This document shows positions 24,591 to 35,120 of a stretch of 64,000 nt of DNA, in pieces. The number at the start of each line of letters is the position of its first letter. Position 1 is the stretch's first letter. Position numbers and translations under genes: made by a program. Source of the DNA: Bugula neritina (taxonomy: Eukaryota > Animalia > Bryozoa); contig OZ037771.1 in NCBI GenBank assembly GCA_964035545.1, positions 13,453,133-13,517,132 on the forward strand, written 5' to 3'. The notes beneath the pieces are model-generated. The model was not told the DNA's origin and did not search any database. It saw nothing but the letters and a program-made list of their open reading frames with translations.

Positions 24591-26513
24591 TATTATAATA
24601 TATAAAAACCCTACTAGTATTGGTCAACCACCAATTTATATATTTACTATACCTAAAGAAATTGCCAAAGCTGGTAAACAAAGTTCACCATGCATACATT
24701 TTTATCACGAGCAAGAATGATAGTGATATCCTGTTAGGAAGAGCTAAAATCAGAGTACTTTTTAGCAAAGTAGCCAAACCAAACAGCTACTGAAGGTTAA
24801 TGACGCAGGCAATGACGTAGACTAATGATAGGTTATACTAACAGGCCGCAGTGTTTGCGTGTGAAGATCAGCGTGTAAAAACACAAAGATTCTATCAGGC
24901 AAGTTTAGCGTCATCAACTACTGTTTATACAAAGAGTTAGACACCAAATCTAGGCTAAGTGTTTGAAGACAGATAATTACAAAGCAAAATTTAGGTAAAT
25001 AATATTTTGCCTAATGTGTTAGGAGCTGCTGCTGGGAATCTTTTTGGTCAACAAATTGACTGATAGAGCAGGTGCGTAAGGAGTTGTCTTCCACTTATTC
25101 TAAAGTTTCAACATTATATTTTGTGAGGTTTAGGGTGATCAATTTAGAGCAACAGGGGTTAATAAAATTTGCTTGTTCCTATGAAAAATAAAAGCAATGA
25201 AACTACTCAGAGACAAATTTATTTCTATTGGGGGAGGGGGCAAAAGTTTATTGTATCTTTATTGTACAATTTCAACTTGTAAAATGATTTAATAAATCGT
25301 CTCATAGGTACGATTGGGACATCATACTGATTCAAACTTTAGAAGTAACAGTGATTGGTTTCACATAAGTTTGTAGTATATATTTTCATAAATTGCTGCT
25401 AAAAATTAAGACACTTTCCAGATAGGTTGTTTGAGTTTGTTTTCTGCTAATACTGTTAACTTGAAATAACACTAATTCAAGGTGTGATCTTAAATGAGGG
25501 TAAGAGCAAAATGGAGATAAGTTTGGAGAGGCTTCGAGACAGCCATAATCACAAATGTCACTAAAACTAAGACATGGAGCTATGGTGCAGTTGGCTATTG
25601 GCCAATTTAAATTTTCACATAAAAAGTAGGACTAAAGGTTAGCTACAGTACACATCTGGAAGCATAAACTAGACATTTATTCTAGCCGTAAAAAGACGAA
25701 GTAATTAATTAGAAACAGTTACAGTTTGCATCTAATATGCTTCTTAGTTAAAAATGATAATGAACCTGGAATCAAACTCTAGACTAAAGATTAAACAAAG
25801 AATATTTAAATTTAATTATTGCAGTCACTGGATACCTTTCTTGGCTATTCATAAAATATAATTATTTTAATTTAGACAAACAAGCATTTAGCCTAGATGA
25901 CATTTTGAAAGATCAATACTTCAAACAGCCTGGTTTACTAAAATCATCGAGAAAATAAATAGAAAATAAGGCTAATCATTGTATGCTTCAAGATTAAAAG
26001 CAGGTTTAAGGTTTTATTGAACAGATAACTTCACAATTGGCTAAACCTACATGAAAAAGGATATTTATACTTTACACTGCCAAACTAAATCAGACTTATT
26101 GTATGTTGACCATGGCATCGTACATGTTAGAAAGTGTTCAAAAACTACTTTTAGATATATGTTAATTTTAATATTTTTAATTTATAAGTTTTGGTTGTAG
26201 TCCAGAATTTCTTTTCAAAAAAAATAAGACAACTTTTATCAAGCTAGTTATCATTTCTATTCTTTATTTTGAACCGATGGTCATAAAAATAATGGCAGTA
26301 TTTTTTTACGATAATTCTTATTGAAAAGAACAATAGCCGCAATTGAAAATTATTCTCAAGCTTTTAATTTATAATCATAATAGTAATAATTATAAAATTA
26401 TAATCGACTCAATCTAATTAATAATTACAAATAGTAACTACAGTCATTAGTATTATATTTTACAAAAATATATAAATAACTAATAGTAATACTAACAGCA
26501 TTAGTAATAGTAA

Positions 26514-26866
26514 AGGCCTGGCCTCACGATCGTGAGAATCACACAAAATCGCCTAATTGACACGAAAAAACATTCGTACGAGAAAATTTGAGGGAATTCA
26601 AACGAAATTGTCTTTGTTGGGTGTGCACAACGATGACGATGGACGAAAAATCACAATCGACGATAAGCACCATTTGATTGGTCAATATTTCTACCAAGTT
26701 TTTCTATTTGGCAATTTTCTGTTGGTTGTATTTCGTGCAAGACTCATTCACGGACAATTTGTTATGTGTTTCGTTCGACGAATGTGTAGCTGGTCAAAAC
26801 AGGAGGATAACTCACGAAAATCGTCACACGATTTCGTGTGATTCTCACGAGCGTGAGGCCAAGCCT
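26514..26866. mobile_element. PIF/Harbinger-type MITE, family B
   Basis: ~38-bp TIR aggcctggcctcacgatcgtgagaatcacac / gtgtgattctcacgagcgtgaggccaagcct, TAA TSD on both sides. Confidence 0.85.
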
Positions 26867-27627
26867 TAATGCTACTAGCAATAGTCACAGTAAATAAGTA
26901 TTGTGTATGTTGCAGAAATACCTATGACTATGCCCTTGTGACTGAGTATTACCATTAATACTAAATATTCAATTTCATAATTATTGAGTTTTACAATCAC
27001 AACTGCTATGGAAATATAAGTGTCAGTGTGAATGCATAATATCAATATGAATTTGAAATTGAATGACAAAGTTAATGGCTAGTAGGCTACTAGTAACAAT
27101 GAGTATCAGTGCATGACTAATTCACTTGGTCATTGAGTTTAAAACAAAAATGATATCCATAATAGTGATAATCATTATATTATTTAATTGGTTTTACATT
27201 CATAGTTATAAAATTAGACATTCTAATTTAATATTCATAGGTTTCATCTTAGTTAGATGTTTCCCAGTTAGAAGCTTCCCAGTTAGACACTACTTTTTAT
27301 TTTGGTACAAAATATATACATGCCGATATAACTGTTGTATTGATCGCTAAACATGGAATAATAGATAATATGGATTATCTGGAAAAAATTTCAATTTTCA
27401 CGGATTTGTATGTGACAAGAAATCAGTAATACATTGAAAATAAACATTATTTTTTATGAATACTTATTAATGAAATATTTTTTAAAACAACAAGAAATAT
27501 AGAAAATGCAGAATAAATAAGTTAATGCAGATCAAAGGAATTTATTTATGTGCTAAATAACAAGCAATTGGTCCATGTTTAATTAAATGTATATATATTT
27601 CAATAATATTCAAATATATTGCACATG

Positions 27628-27629
<2 letters not shown>

Positions 27630-27710
<81 letters not shown>
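27630..27710. repeat. (TA)n microsatellite, continued at 28848-28878 and 36327-36350 (target tract of both retroelements)
   Basis: Seen directly. Confidence 0.95.
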
Positions 27711-27712
<2 letters not shown>

Positions 27713-27841
27713 GTATGCTGATTGTCAATCTAGTTGGAGTTCCAGCAAAGCAAAGTGCTCGATATCACGGGTGACAGAGCTAATATAATGTAGTGTGTTC
27801 AGATTGTTAATGATACATATATATTTTATTTAAAAAATCTT

Positions 27842-27886
27842 ACACGACTATATAGTTTCGTGCAGTAAACTGCACTCGTCAGGTGT
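27842..27886 (-). ncRNA. Minimal type I hammerhead ribozyme (3' pseudo-LTR, sense to the PLE ORF)
   Basis: Minus strand: acac-CTGACGA-gtgcagt tt actgcac-GAAA-ctatatag-TC-gtgt. Intact core, 7-bp stem II, palindromic short stem III, GUC cleavage triplet, acac/gtgt stem I. Confidence 0.88.
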
Positions 27887-28122
27887 TAGACTAAAAATAA
27901 ATAAAATCTATGAAGCATACCGATTATTCAAATTTTTACATAAAGAAAACTATCATGCTAAACACAACGTAAAACGAAATGCAAACATAGTAGTGGATTT
28001 GGTGTTATCTATTAATTAATTAAATTGCTCTTTTTCTAAAGGATTAGACTATAAAAGCTAGATGTTTGATGGAAAGGGTAATTTATAATAGGTAGTACTA
28101 TGGTTGAGAATTGTTAGTATTG

Positions 28123-28544
28123 TTATGTGATGTTGCCCAGGTAGTGCTTACGTGCATGTCTGCATGTGGATAGAATCTCATTTCTGTTATTAAGGGAAGA
28201 TTTGCTGGGCTGGTATATTATGAAATATTTTTCCCATAGGCAGAGGTTGCACCTTTTAGTGACTTTGTTGTATGAGTTGGTCTTTTTCATAATTTTCCAT
28301 GTTATGTCAAAATGGGTGTTCTTGTCTTTTAGTTTCCAGATATATTTGCTCAATTCAGTATGGTTCTTTTTTGTTTTGTTGTTAAAAGTTGATTTGTGGT
28401 TATAGAATCTGGTTTTGAATTCTGTTTCTGATGTTCCCACGTAAGTCTGGGGTTGGCTGCCATCTTTGGTTGTAACTGTAGCTTGGTATATGATGCACTT
28501 TGTGAGGCATTTTCCATCTAGTGGGCACACTGTGCTGTTTCTGC
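28123..28544 (-). pseudogene. PLE GIY-YIG endonuclease domain (RT part lost by 5' truncation)
   Basis: CRNSTVCPLDGKCLTKCIIYQATV...TYVGTSETEFKTRFYNHKSTF...TELSKYIW...RCNLCLWEK...LNNRNEILSTCRH: IY/YVG, R, E and N motifs with PLE-type Cys/His. The frame begins abruptly at the inverted-arm junction. Confidence 0.9.
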
Positions 28545-28668
28545 AGATAACACCAAATCCACTACTATGTTTGCATTTCGTTTTACGTTGTGTTTAGCAT
28601 GATAGTTTTCTTTATGTAAAAATTTGAATAATCGGTATGCTTCATAGATTTTATTTATTTTTAGTCTA

Positions 28669-28713
28669 ACACCTGACGAGTGCAGTTTACTGTACGAAAC
28701 TATATAGTCGTGT
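28669..28713 (+). ncRNA. Minimal type I hammerhead ribozyme (inverted pseudo-LTR copy)
   Basis: acac-CTGACGA-gtgcagtttactgtac-GAAA-ctatatag-TC-gtgt; predicted cleavage after 28709; stem II has a G-U in place of one G-C. Confidence 0.88.
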
Positions 28714-28845
28714 GAGATTTTTTAAATAAAAAAATATATATGTATCATTAACAATCTGAACACACTACATTATATTAGCTCTGTCACCCGTGATATCGAG
28801 CACTTTACTTCGCTGGAACTCCAACTAGATTGACAATCAGCATAC

Positions 28846-28878
<33 letters not shown>

Positions 28879-28882
<4 letters not shown>

Positions 28883-29184
28883 ATAGTTTTCAGATTTAGG
28901 GTTGATGTGTCACCAAGAGAGTCTATTTATCACTAGAGAAACCTCACCGGGTTAAGTCGAGTAGATGTCGTTATATTTTAATACAAGAATACATAATAAA
29001 ATCTAATGTACAACAGTAATGATACGCACGTCTATTTAATTTACAGCACTATCCTCAACTGAACTAGTAGCGCGAAGCGGCTACTATTACTTATAAAACA
29101 GCCTAGCTAATTGGCTAATACATTGTTCCGGGTCAATACGCAACCTTGCGTATTGTGTTGCTGGTAGCTCCACGAGCCACCACA
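28879..29184 (-). repeat. 3' LTR (306 bp)
   Basis: tgttatagttttcag...gagccaccaca; I see only one difference from the other LTR (ttacagc vs ttagagc). Confidence 0.97.
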
Positions 29185-29195
29185 CTGCCCCCTCC
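29185..29195 (-). promoter_or_regulatory. Polypurine tract
   Basis: Minus strand GGAGGGGGCAG directly before the 3' LTR. Confidence 0.8.
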
Positions 29196-29453
29196 AGCAG
29201 AAAGCCCACTTTCTGATAAAATAAAATTCACATAAAAAAAACGTATACTTCGTCGTGGGGGGGTAAGATAACAGTATAAAAGTATATACAAAAAAAACAA
29301 CAACTGATAAAATATACAGGTATATATAACGTGCACAATATGTAATAAGTAAGAGAAGGTCCTATCTACATGTAGAGTACGTGCCACCATAACGGTAGGG
29401 AATGCCACAGAGAGGTAGGGGAAGAGTAGTATAGAGTTGGAGATAGATTCCAG

Positions 29454-30527
29454 TTAACTGCGGGCCGCACGCTTCATGCGTTTAATAGACTCCTGTAAAT
29501 ATTTGAGTTCACTGGATGCAGCCTGCACCCGTGGGGCCAGTCTGTACACTTCTTGCTCCAAGTCGTGTGCCCTAGCTTCTACTTCACGTAGGTTGCGGGC
29601 CCAGGGGGACGAGCGAGAGGAAGTCGGCTGTCTATGTCTTTTCCGCTCTGAGGATGGAAGGGGAGGAGGGAGTGTATACGCATTTGTGTCTACCCTCTGT
29701 AGTACGACACGAGGAAAGGTATGCGGCATGCGTAGAGGACTGTGAGGTGGAGAGTTAGTAGACTGTGTAGGTTTATCTGCGGCTCCAGAGATGATGGGTC
29801 GCGGGGAAGGGAAGCCTTGCTCCAGGCGAGATAGCCGAGCTGAGTCAGTGATGAGTGGTTTGATGGCGTTGAGAAAGGCAGGATAGGATGATTCGTCTAC
29901 TTCATAGACATGCCCTTGATAACACTGCATAGTACGTTGGTGCCGCAATAGGTAATCACGATTGTAGCTATATTCTCCGCAAGGGCAGAAAGTGGTGATG
30001 TAGTGTTGCGGCAAGTGTACTTTTAGTCTGCGGTGGGTCGTGAATCGCTGCTGGCAGAGGTTGCATTCACGATTACTCTCACCTCCTTGATGGGTCCTGA
30101 TTTCTCTCTCTGTGGCAGGGGTAATCCAGTTGGAGGTTGCTTCCAACTGGGGTGGCAGTTGCCTGGTTGTAGAAGTTGTTGGGGCCGGCTCTGGGTCCCA
30201 CGCCATCTCTAGAGAAGGCATGCCCGGAGAGACGGGCGCGAGTGTGTCTACAAAAGTAGAATTATTGTTAGATCGCGGTGGATCTTTACAACATAATTCT
30301 AGTGACTGTCGACCGTTGCTAGCCTGAGAGTCACAGCTTTTGGAATGCACTCGAGGAACTGATGAATCATGTGTGGACTGACCAAGAACAGTGTCTAGCT
30401 CCAGGTCTAACAGACCATCGGCCATTACAGTGTCTTCATCGTCATTCACATGAAACGTGGTTCCCAGTAATTCTGATTCAATCTGCTGAATTAGTTCAGA
30501 ATTTACTGGCATCGAGCCCGTTTCCAT
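29454..30527 (-). CDS. Gypsy accessory ORF3: 357-aa protein with acidic N-terminus, C2H2 plus C2HC zinc fingers and C-terminal coiled coil
   Basis: ATG 17 nt after the pol stop, same strand, inside the LTRs. CNLC-x12-H-x3-H (F and L at canonical positions), then CPC-x12-H-x5-C; heptad LREVEARAHDLEQEVYRL..LKYLQESIKRM. Confidence 0.85.
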   Translation of the reverse strand: METGSMPVNSELIQQIESELLGTTFHVNDDEDTVMADGLLDLELDTVLGQSTHDSSVPRVHSKSCDSQASNGRQSLELCCKDPPRSNNNSTFVDTLAPVSPGMPSLEMAWDPEPAPTTSTTRQLPPQLEATSNWITPATEREIRTHQGGESNRECNLCQQRFTTHRRLKVHLPQHYITTFCPCGEYSYNRDYLLRHQRTMQCYQGHVYEVDESSYPAFLNAIKPLITDSARLSRLEQGFPSPRPIISGAADKPTQSTNSPPHSPLRMPHTFPRVVLQRVDTNAYTLPPPLPSSERKRHRQPTSSRSSPWARNLREVEARAHDLEQEVYRLAPRVQAASSELKYLQESIKRMKRAARS

Positions 30528-30544
30528 GAATAGGAATACAAGAC

Positions 30545-33500
30545 TTATACTGGCTTACCTGGGAACTCGGTATTAATGTCCATACTCAACGTTCTTGGTA
30601 AGGTTGGAGCTGGTTGTGAGATACGTCTGCCTTTGGCGATGTCAGCATAAGAAAAGGCTGAGCATCGTTTCTGAGGCACGAGGTCGGAACTATTTGCTTT
30701 ACACGCATTAATTCCTCCCACTATTCCGCCCTCGCAAAAGTTGATATTTGCGTGGGGTTCACAACTCCAACATTTTATCGTACGGTTTTCCCCTAGACTT
30801 TCATGTGCGCCGCTTCTAATGCAGTCACATACGAAGTCTTTCAAATACGGTGGGGGTTTCCTCGTACGCTGTCCCCTTTCTAGGGGGGGTGACACGCTTG
30901 CCGGTTCGTTAGTAGGGGCCTCTAATGGCGTCTCTACTTCACCGTTAGCGGTCACCTCTTCTTGTTCTCCGGATGGAGCCCCTCCCTCCATGGGGGTTTG
31001 CACTTCCGGAGCCGGCTCGGTTTCTGGAGGTGATGGAATTAGACTTGGCGGTGGCGGACACGCTTCTGTTGACAAAAGCTGCCGCTCCTCTCTCACCAAG
31101 TTTTCCTCCCGCGGTATGACCACTTCGTATTCAGGTCCATGCCGCCGTCGCCCGCGCGTCGTTGTCTGCCTCCTGGGCTCTAACAACGGGGGGGCTTCTC
31201 CCACTCCGTCAGGGCTAGCCCAATACGGTTTCAAGCGAGACTCATTCTGGATAGACACCTGTCCTGAGCGCTCAATCTTGTACGTATGATTGGGCATAGC
31301 CTCGACGACCACGTAGGGGCCTACGAACTTAGGCTTCAGTTTATCAGCCTGTCCGCGACGCCTACGGTAATTGACCATCCACACCTTATCTCCCGTTTGA
31401 TAGAGAGGTGGTTCATCGGAATCTTCGTGCCGCACCTTCCACTGCTGTTCACGCAGTATATCGTGTGCGGCCTTCATCCGTTCCACTAGTTCACTGGCAT
31501 ACTCGTGAACCGAGTTGTCTTGCTCTGGAACGTGATAGGTGAGATGGTCAGGGACACGAGTCTCTCTCCCGAGCATCAAGAGGTTTGGGGTCTCACCAGT
31601 ACTGGTGTGTGGGGTGCTACGGTATGCACGCATGACTTGCGGCAACACCGTATCCCATTCCTCTTGACCTCGTCCAAGGAGGAGACTCCGGAGTGCATCA
31701 CCTAGCATCCGGTTGTTGCGCTCCACCACCCCGTTACCTTGAGGGTGGTAGGGGGTGGTCCTGCTCTGATTTACTCCCCAGAGGTGGCAAAGGTCGCTCA
31801 TCAGTTGAGACTGGAATTGAGCGCCTTGATCAGAGTGTATCTGTTCGGGAAGCCCAAAATAACAGAATACATGTTGGTCTAGCGCCCTGGCCACTGTTGG
31901 GGCTGATGCATCTGGGATAGCCAGAGCATCCGCCCACTTAGTAAAGTGGTCGGTTAGTACTAGGATCCAATTATTGCCTCTGGGGGTCAGGGGCATGGGT
32001 CCGACCAGGTCTACAGCGACTACTTGCCAGGGCCTACCAGCATATAGCCTCCGCCGTCCTGCTTCACCAGGGGGGCGGCTATGCTTACTGGCCTGGCAGA
32101 TCTCACACTGTTTGACTCTGAGCCGGACGTCACGCTCCATCTGCGGCCAATACCACCGGAGTCGTAATTTGGATATCACTCTCTTGACCCCTGCGTGGGC
32201 CTGTTTGTGAGTATCCCAAATCAACTCACGGCGGATGGCCGTGGGGCAGACTACCCTCTTCCTTTCCGGGTGTCTGCCGCTGGCAGCTAGAGAGATGGTT
32301 AGCAACCCATCCTGCCCGATCCGCAGCGAGTCCCAACGCTGACAGTATAGCCGGAACTCGGCGCATCCCTGTCGTATGCGTTCCTCGCTGGGTCGTCGCC
32401 CTTCCCTTTTGGCCCGGTATATGTCTGCCACGACTCCAGGCAGCTCTTCTTGGAGCTTCTTCAGCTCTCGAACATTACCGGCCAGTACAGGGTTGGCGCG
32501 GAGGTTTTGTACATCCTCCGGGGACTCATCAACTCTTTGCCTGAGTTGACCTTGATCCCAGTCAAACGGTGCTCCGTGATGAGCCAGCGTCTCCAACTCG
32601 CATCGTGGGGGACCTCCATCCCTCCTCTCGATGTTGAGACACTGTTTGCAACCTCCGTCAGGTCGGCGACTCAACCCATCCGCATTGCTGTGTCTCTTGC
32701 CCGGTCGATGTTCGATCCGGTATGAGAATTCAGCTAGGATTTCGAGCCACCGGGCGACCTGACTAGAGGGCTCTGCTCTCCTGCACAACCAGATCAGCGA
32801 GGCATGATCCGTACGCAGCCGGAACTTCCTGCCATATAGGTATGGTCTGAAGTGCTTCACTGACTTGATTACTGCCAGCAGCTCCTTGCGGGTAGTGCAG
32901 TAATTTCGTTCAGCGAGAGAGAGAGACTTGCTGTAGTAGGCTACTACTACCTCTCGGCCTTCCTGCACTTGTGACAGCACAGCGCCAACATTCTGGTCAC
33001 TGGCGTCCGTGTCTAGGATGTACTCCAGAGTGGGGTCTGGGTAGGCCAAGATGGGCGCCGTTAGGAGGCAGCCCTTGAGGCGGTCGAACGCTTCTTGTTC
33101 GACTGGAGTCCACTGCCACGTCACTCCCTTTGCGGTGAGCCGGTTTAACGGCTGGGCTATGCCCGCAAAGTCTGGTATGTATTGCCTGTAATACCCTACC
33201 AGCCCCAAGAAAGCCCGGAGTCCGGTCAAGTCTTGGGGGGTGACCCAGTCTTCTACTGCCCGTACCTTTTCGGGATCCGTTGCCACGCCGTTTCGACCGA
33301 CAACGTGCCCCAGGTACTTGACCTCCGGCTGCAACAGAGCGCACTTGGAAGGTTTGAGCTTAAGACCGGCACCTCGGAGTCTCTCGAAAACCTCCTGCAG
33401 ACGACTGACATGTGTCTCGAAGTCTGGAGAGATTACGATGACATCATCGAGGTAGACCAGCAGTGTCTTCCAATGGAGTCCGCTAAGGACTTGTTCCATC

Positions 33501-34819
33501 AGCCTCTGGAAGGTGGCTGGGGCGGAGGTTAACCCGAAGGGCAGCACCTTCCACTTCCACAAACCGTCCCGTGTGATAAACGCCGCTTTCTCTTGGGCGT
33601 CGGGACTCAGAGGAACCTGCCAATAGCCGCTTAGCAAGTCTAACGTACTGAAGTACTTGCTGCCGGCTAGGGCGTCCAATGACTCGTCAATACGAGGTAG
33701 AGGGTAGGCGTCCTGTATGGTTACGCTATTGAGTTTGCGGTAGTCCACACAGAACCGCCAACTGCCGTCTTTCTTCCGGACCAGTACGACTGGCGAGCTC
33801 CACGCACTATGGGCGGGCTCTATCAGTCCCCGGTCCAGAAGATCCCGTACTTGTCGGCTAACCTCCTTCTCTTTCTCCGGCCCCAGCCTGCGCGTGGGCT
33901 GCCGGACAGGGACTGTCCCTGCAGTCAGCGGTATTTCGTGTCTGACAATTCCAGTCAGTCCCACGTCATGCTCTCCGCTGCTGAACACATCACCGTAGTC
34001 GCGTAGTAACTTAGCCATAGCTTGGCGTTCTCGGTTACTCGCGCAGCCGCCACTGGCTGTTTCGTATAACTCCCGGAGATGTGTTGGGACTGCCCCTCGT
34101 CCCTGAATAGGGTGTCGAGGGGGTGCCTCCGTCGCGTCACCCAGCGACGGGCCCACGTTCTCCTCCTGGACGGAGTGGAACCGGCCCAGCATTGACCCAG
34201 CTGGGAGCTCAATGGGCTCGGTAAAGGGGTTGACACACTGCACTAAGACCTCCCCTCGCTCAGTTAGTCGGTTTAAACTACTGGCGAGTTGGATCCTTTC
34301 GTGCGCGCCTTCAACGACCCCGAGCCTGGCTATCCGGTTGCTGTTCACTCGGCAGTGGATAGTAGCTCTGGAGCGTCCGGGTACGGTGCAGTTTCGAACT
34401 ACCTGAACACCGCCCACCAGAGGACGCCCAAACTTATCCACACAGGCGAGTTCTCGCCCGCCCATCAGCACCACCGACTTACTAAAGTCTATTCGGCACT
34501 GGTGTTGCTTCAAGAAGGGCATTCCGAGGATAGCATCTTCCTCCAGTTGACCTATGATAAAGGTCTCCTGTACAGCCTGATCTCGGACACGCCCAGGGAG
34601 CTCGATAATACCATAAAAGGGAATACATGACCCGTCTGCCAGGGTGCCATGTTCCCCCGTATACGGTCGTACTCTATCCCTGTCCCGGCGGGGCAGTGCC
34701 TCAAAGACTCTACGACTGAGAAGGTTGGTAGTACAACCGGAGTCGAGCAGGAAAGTGACGGCGTTGCCGGCCACCTTTCCGGGTAGGAAATAGCTCTCTC
34801 CATGTGGTTGTACTTTCAC
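30545..34819 (-). CDS. pol: Gypsy Pol polyprotein (PR-RT-RNaseH-IN)
   Basis: LLDSGCT protease; WRFCVDYRKLN, PFGL, YLDDV RT; LDTDASD..ERNY..KELLAV RNase H; H..H/CEIC zinc motif, VDLVGP..SDQG..VERNN DDE integrase; GPY motif. Uninterrupted 1424 codons. Confidence 0.98.
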   Translation of the reverse strand: MKVQPHGESYFLPGKVAGNAVTFLLDSGCTTNLLSRRVFEALPRRDRDRVRPYTGEHGTLADGSCIPFYGIIELPGRVRDQAVQETFIIGQLEEDAILGMPFLKQHQCRIDFSKSVVLMGGRELACVDKFGRPLVGGVQVVRNCTVPGRSRATIHCRVNSNRIARLGVVEGAHERIQLASSLNRLTERGEVLVQCVNPFTEPIELPAGSMLGRFHSVQEENVGPSLGDATEAPPRHPIQGRGAVPTHLRELYETASGGCASNRERQAMAKLLRDYGDVFSSGEHDVGLTGIVRHEIPLTAGTVPVRQPTRRLGPEKEKEVSRQVRDLLDRGLIEPAHSAWSSPVVLVRKKDGSWRFCVDYRKLNSVTIQDAYPLPRIDESLDALAGSKYFSTLDLLSGYWQVPLSPDAQEKAAFITRDGLWKWKVLPFGLTSAPATFQRLMEQVLSGLHWKTLLVYLDDVIVISPDFETHVSRLQEVFERLRGAGLKLKPSKCALLQPEVKYLGHVVGRNGVATDPEKVRAVEDWVTPQDLTGLRAFLGLVGYYRQYIPDFAGIAQPLNRLTAKGVTWQWTPVEQEAFDRLKGCLLTAPILAYPDPTLEYILDTDASDQNVGAVLSQVQEGREVVVAYYSKSLSLAERNYCTTRKELLAVIKSVKHFRPYLYGRKFRLRTDHASLIWLCRRAEPSSQVARWLEILAEFSYRIEHRPGKRHSNADGLSRRPDGGCKQCLNIERRDGGPPRCELETLAHHGAPFDWDQGQLRQRVDESPEDVQNLRANPVLAGNVRELKKLQEELPGVVADIYRAKREGRRPSEERIRQGCAEFRLYCQRWDSLRIGQDGLLTISLAASGRHPERKRVVCPTAIRRELIWDTHKQAHAGVKRVISKLRLRWYWPQMERDVRLRVKQCEICQASKHSRPPGEAGRRRLYAGRPWQVVAVDLVGPMPLTPRGNNWILVLTDHFTKWADALAIPDASAPTVARALDQHVFCYFGLPEQIHSDQGAQFQSQLMSDLCHLWGVNQSRTTPYHPQGNGVVERNNRMLGDALRSLLLGRGQEEWDTVLPQVMRAYRSTPHTSTGETPNLLMLGRETRVPDHLTYHVPEQDNSVHEYASELVERMKAAHDILREQQWKVRHEDSDEPPLYQTGDKVWMVNYRRRRGQADKLKPKFVGPYVVVEAMPNHTYKIERSGQVSIQNESRLKPYWASPDGVGEAPPLLEPRRQTTTRGRRRHGPEYEVVIPREENLVREERQLLSTEACPPPPSLIPSPPETEPAPEVQTPMEGGAPSGEQEEVTANGEVETPLEAPTNEPASVSPPLERGQRTRKPPPYLKDFVCDCIRSGAHESLGENRTIKCWSCEPHANINFCEGGIVGGINACKANSSDLVPQKRCSAFSYADIAKGRRISQPAPTLPRTLSMDINTEFPGKPV

Positions 34820-35120
34820 CCCCCCCCCGCATGTGCTGTCCTGGTTTGACAGGACGGCGGGGGTTTCACCCGTGGTTTACGGGGCTTCCGGCGGCGAGGT
34901 TGGTGCCGGCGGGGTTCGGGCCTCTCCACTGGGCCTTCTGGCTCCATTTCAGTGGCGGGCTCCTCTTCCCGAGGTAACCGGTGAAACCGGTTAGCGAGTG
35001 GCAGGGAGAAGGTACTTGGCCGTTGTGCGGGCCTACTAGTCCTGCGTGGTACCTGCCACTCGGGTGGAGTGTTCCGTCGTGTCCGTACGGACAGACGACG
35101 GCGTGTTCCACCATACTCCT

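Larger units (their letters stand above)
27710..28848 (-). mobile_element. 5'-truncated Penelope-like element (PLE) with inverted pseudo-LTRs
   Basis: Near-perfect inverted repeats 27710-28010 / 28545-28848 enclose a GIY-YIG endonuclease C-terminus; each arm has a hammerhead motif; (TA)n on both sides. Confidence 0.92.

Noticed and set aside
29454-30527. ORF3 as an env gene
   Set aside because: No signal peptide, fusion peptide or transmembrane helix; zinc-finger motifs instead.
34866-35114. 82-aa ORF in gag frame after the gag stop (possible read-through to pol)
   Set aside because: It stops at 34868-34866 and is not in the pol frame; the -1 cassette explains the region better.
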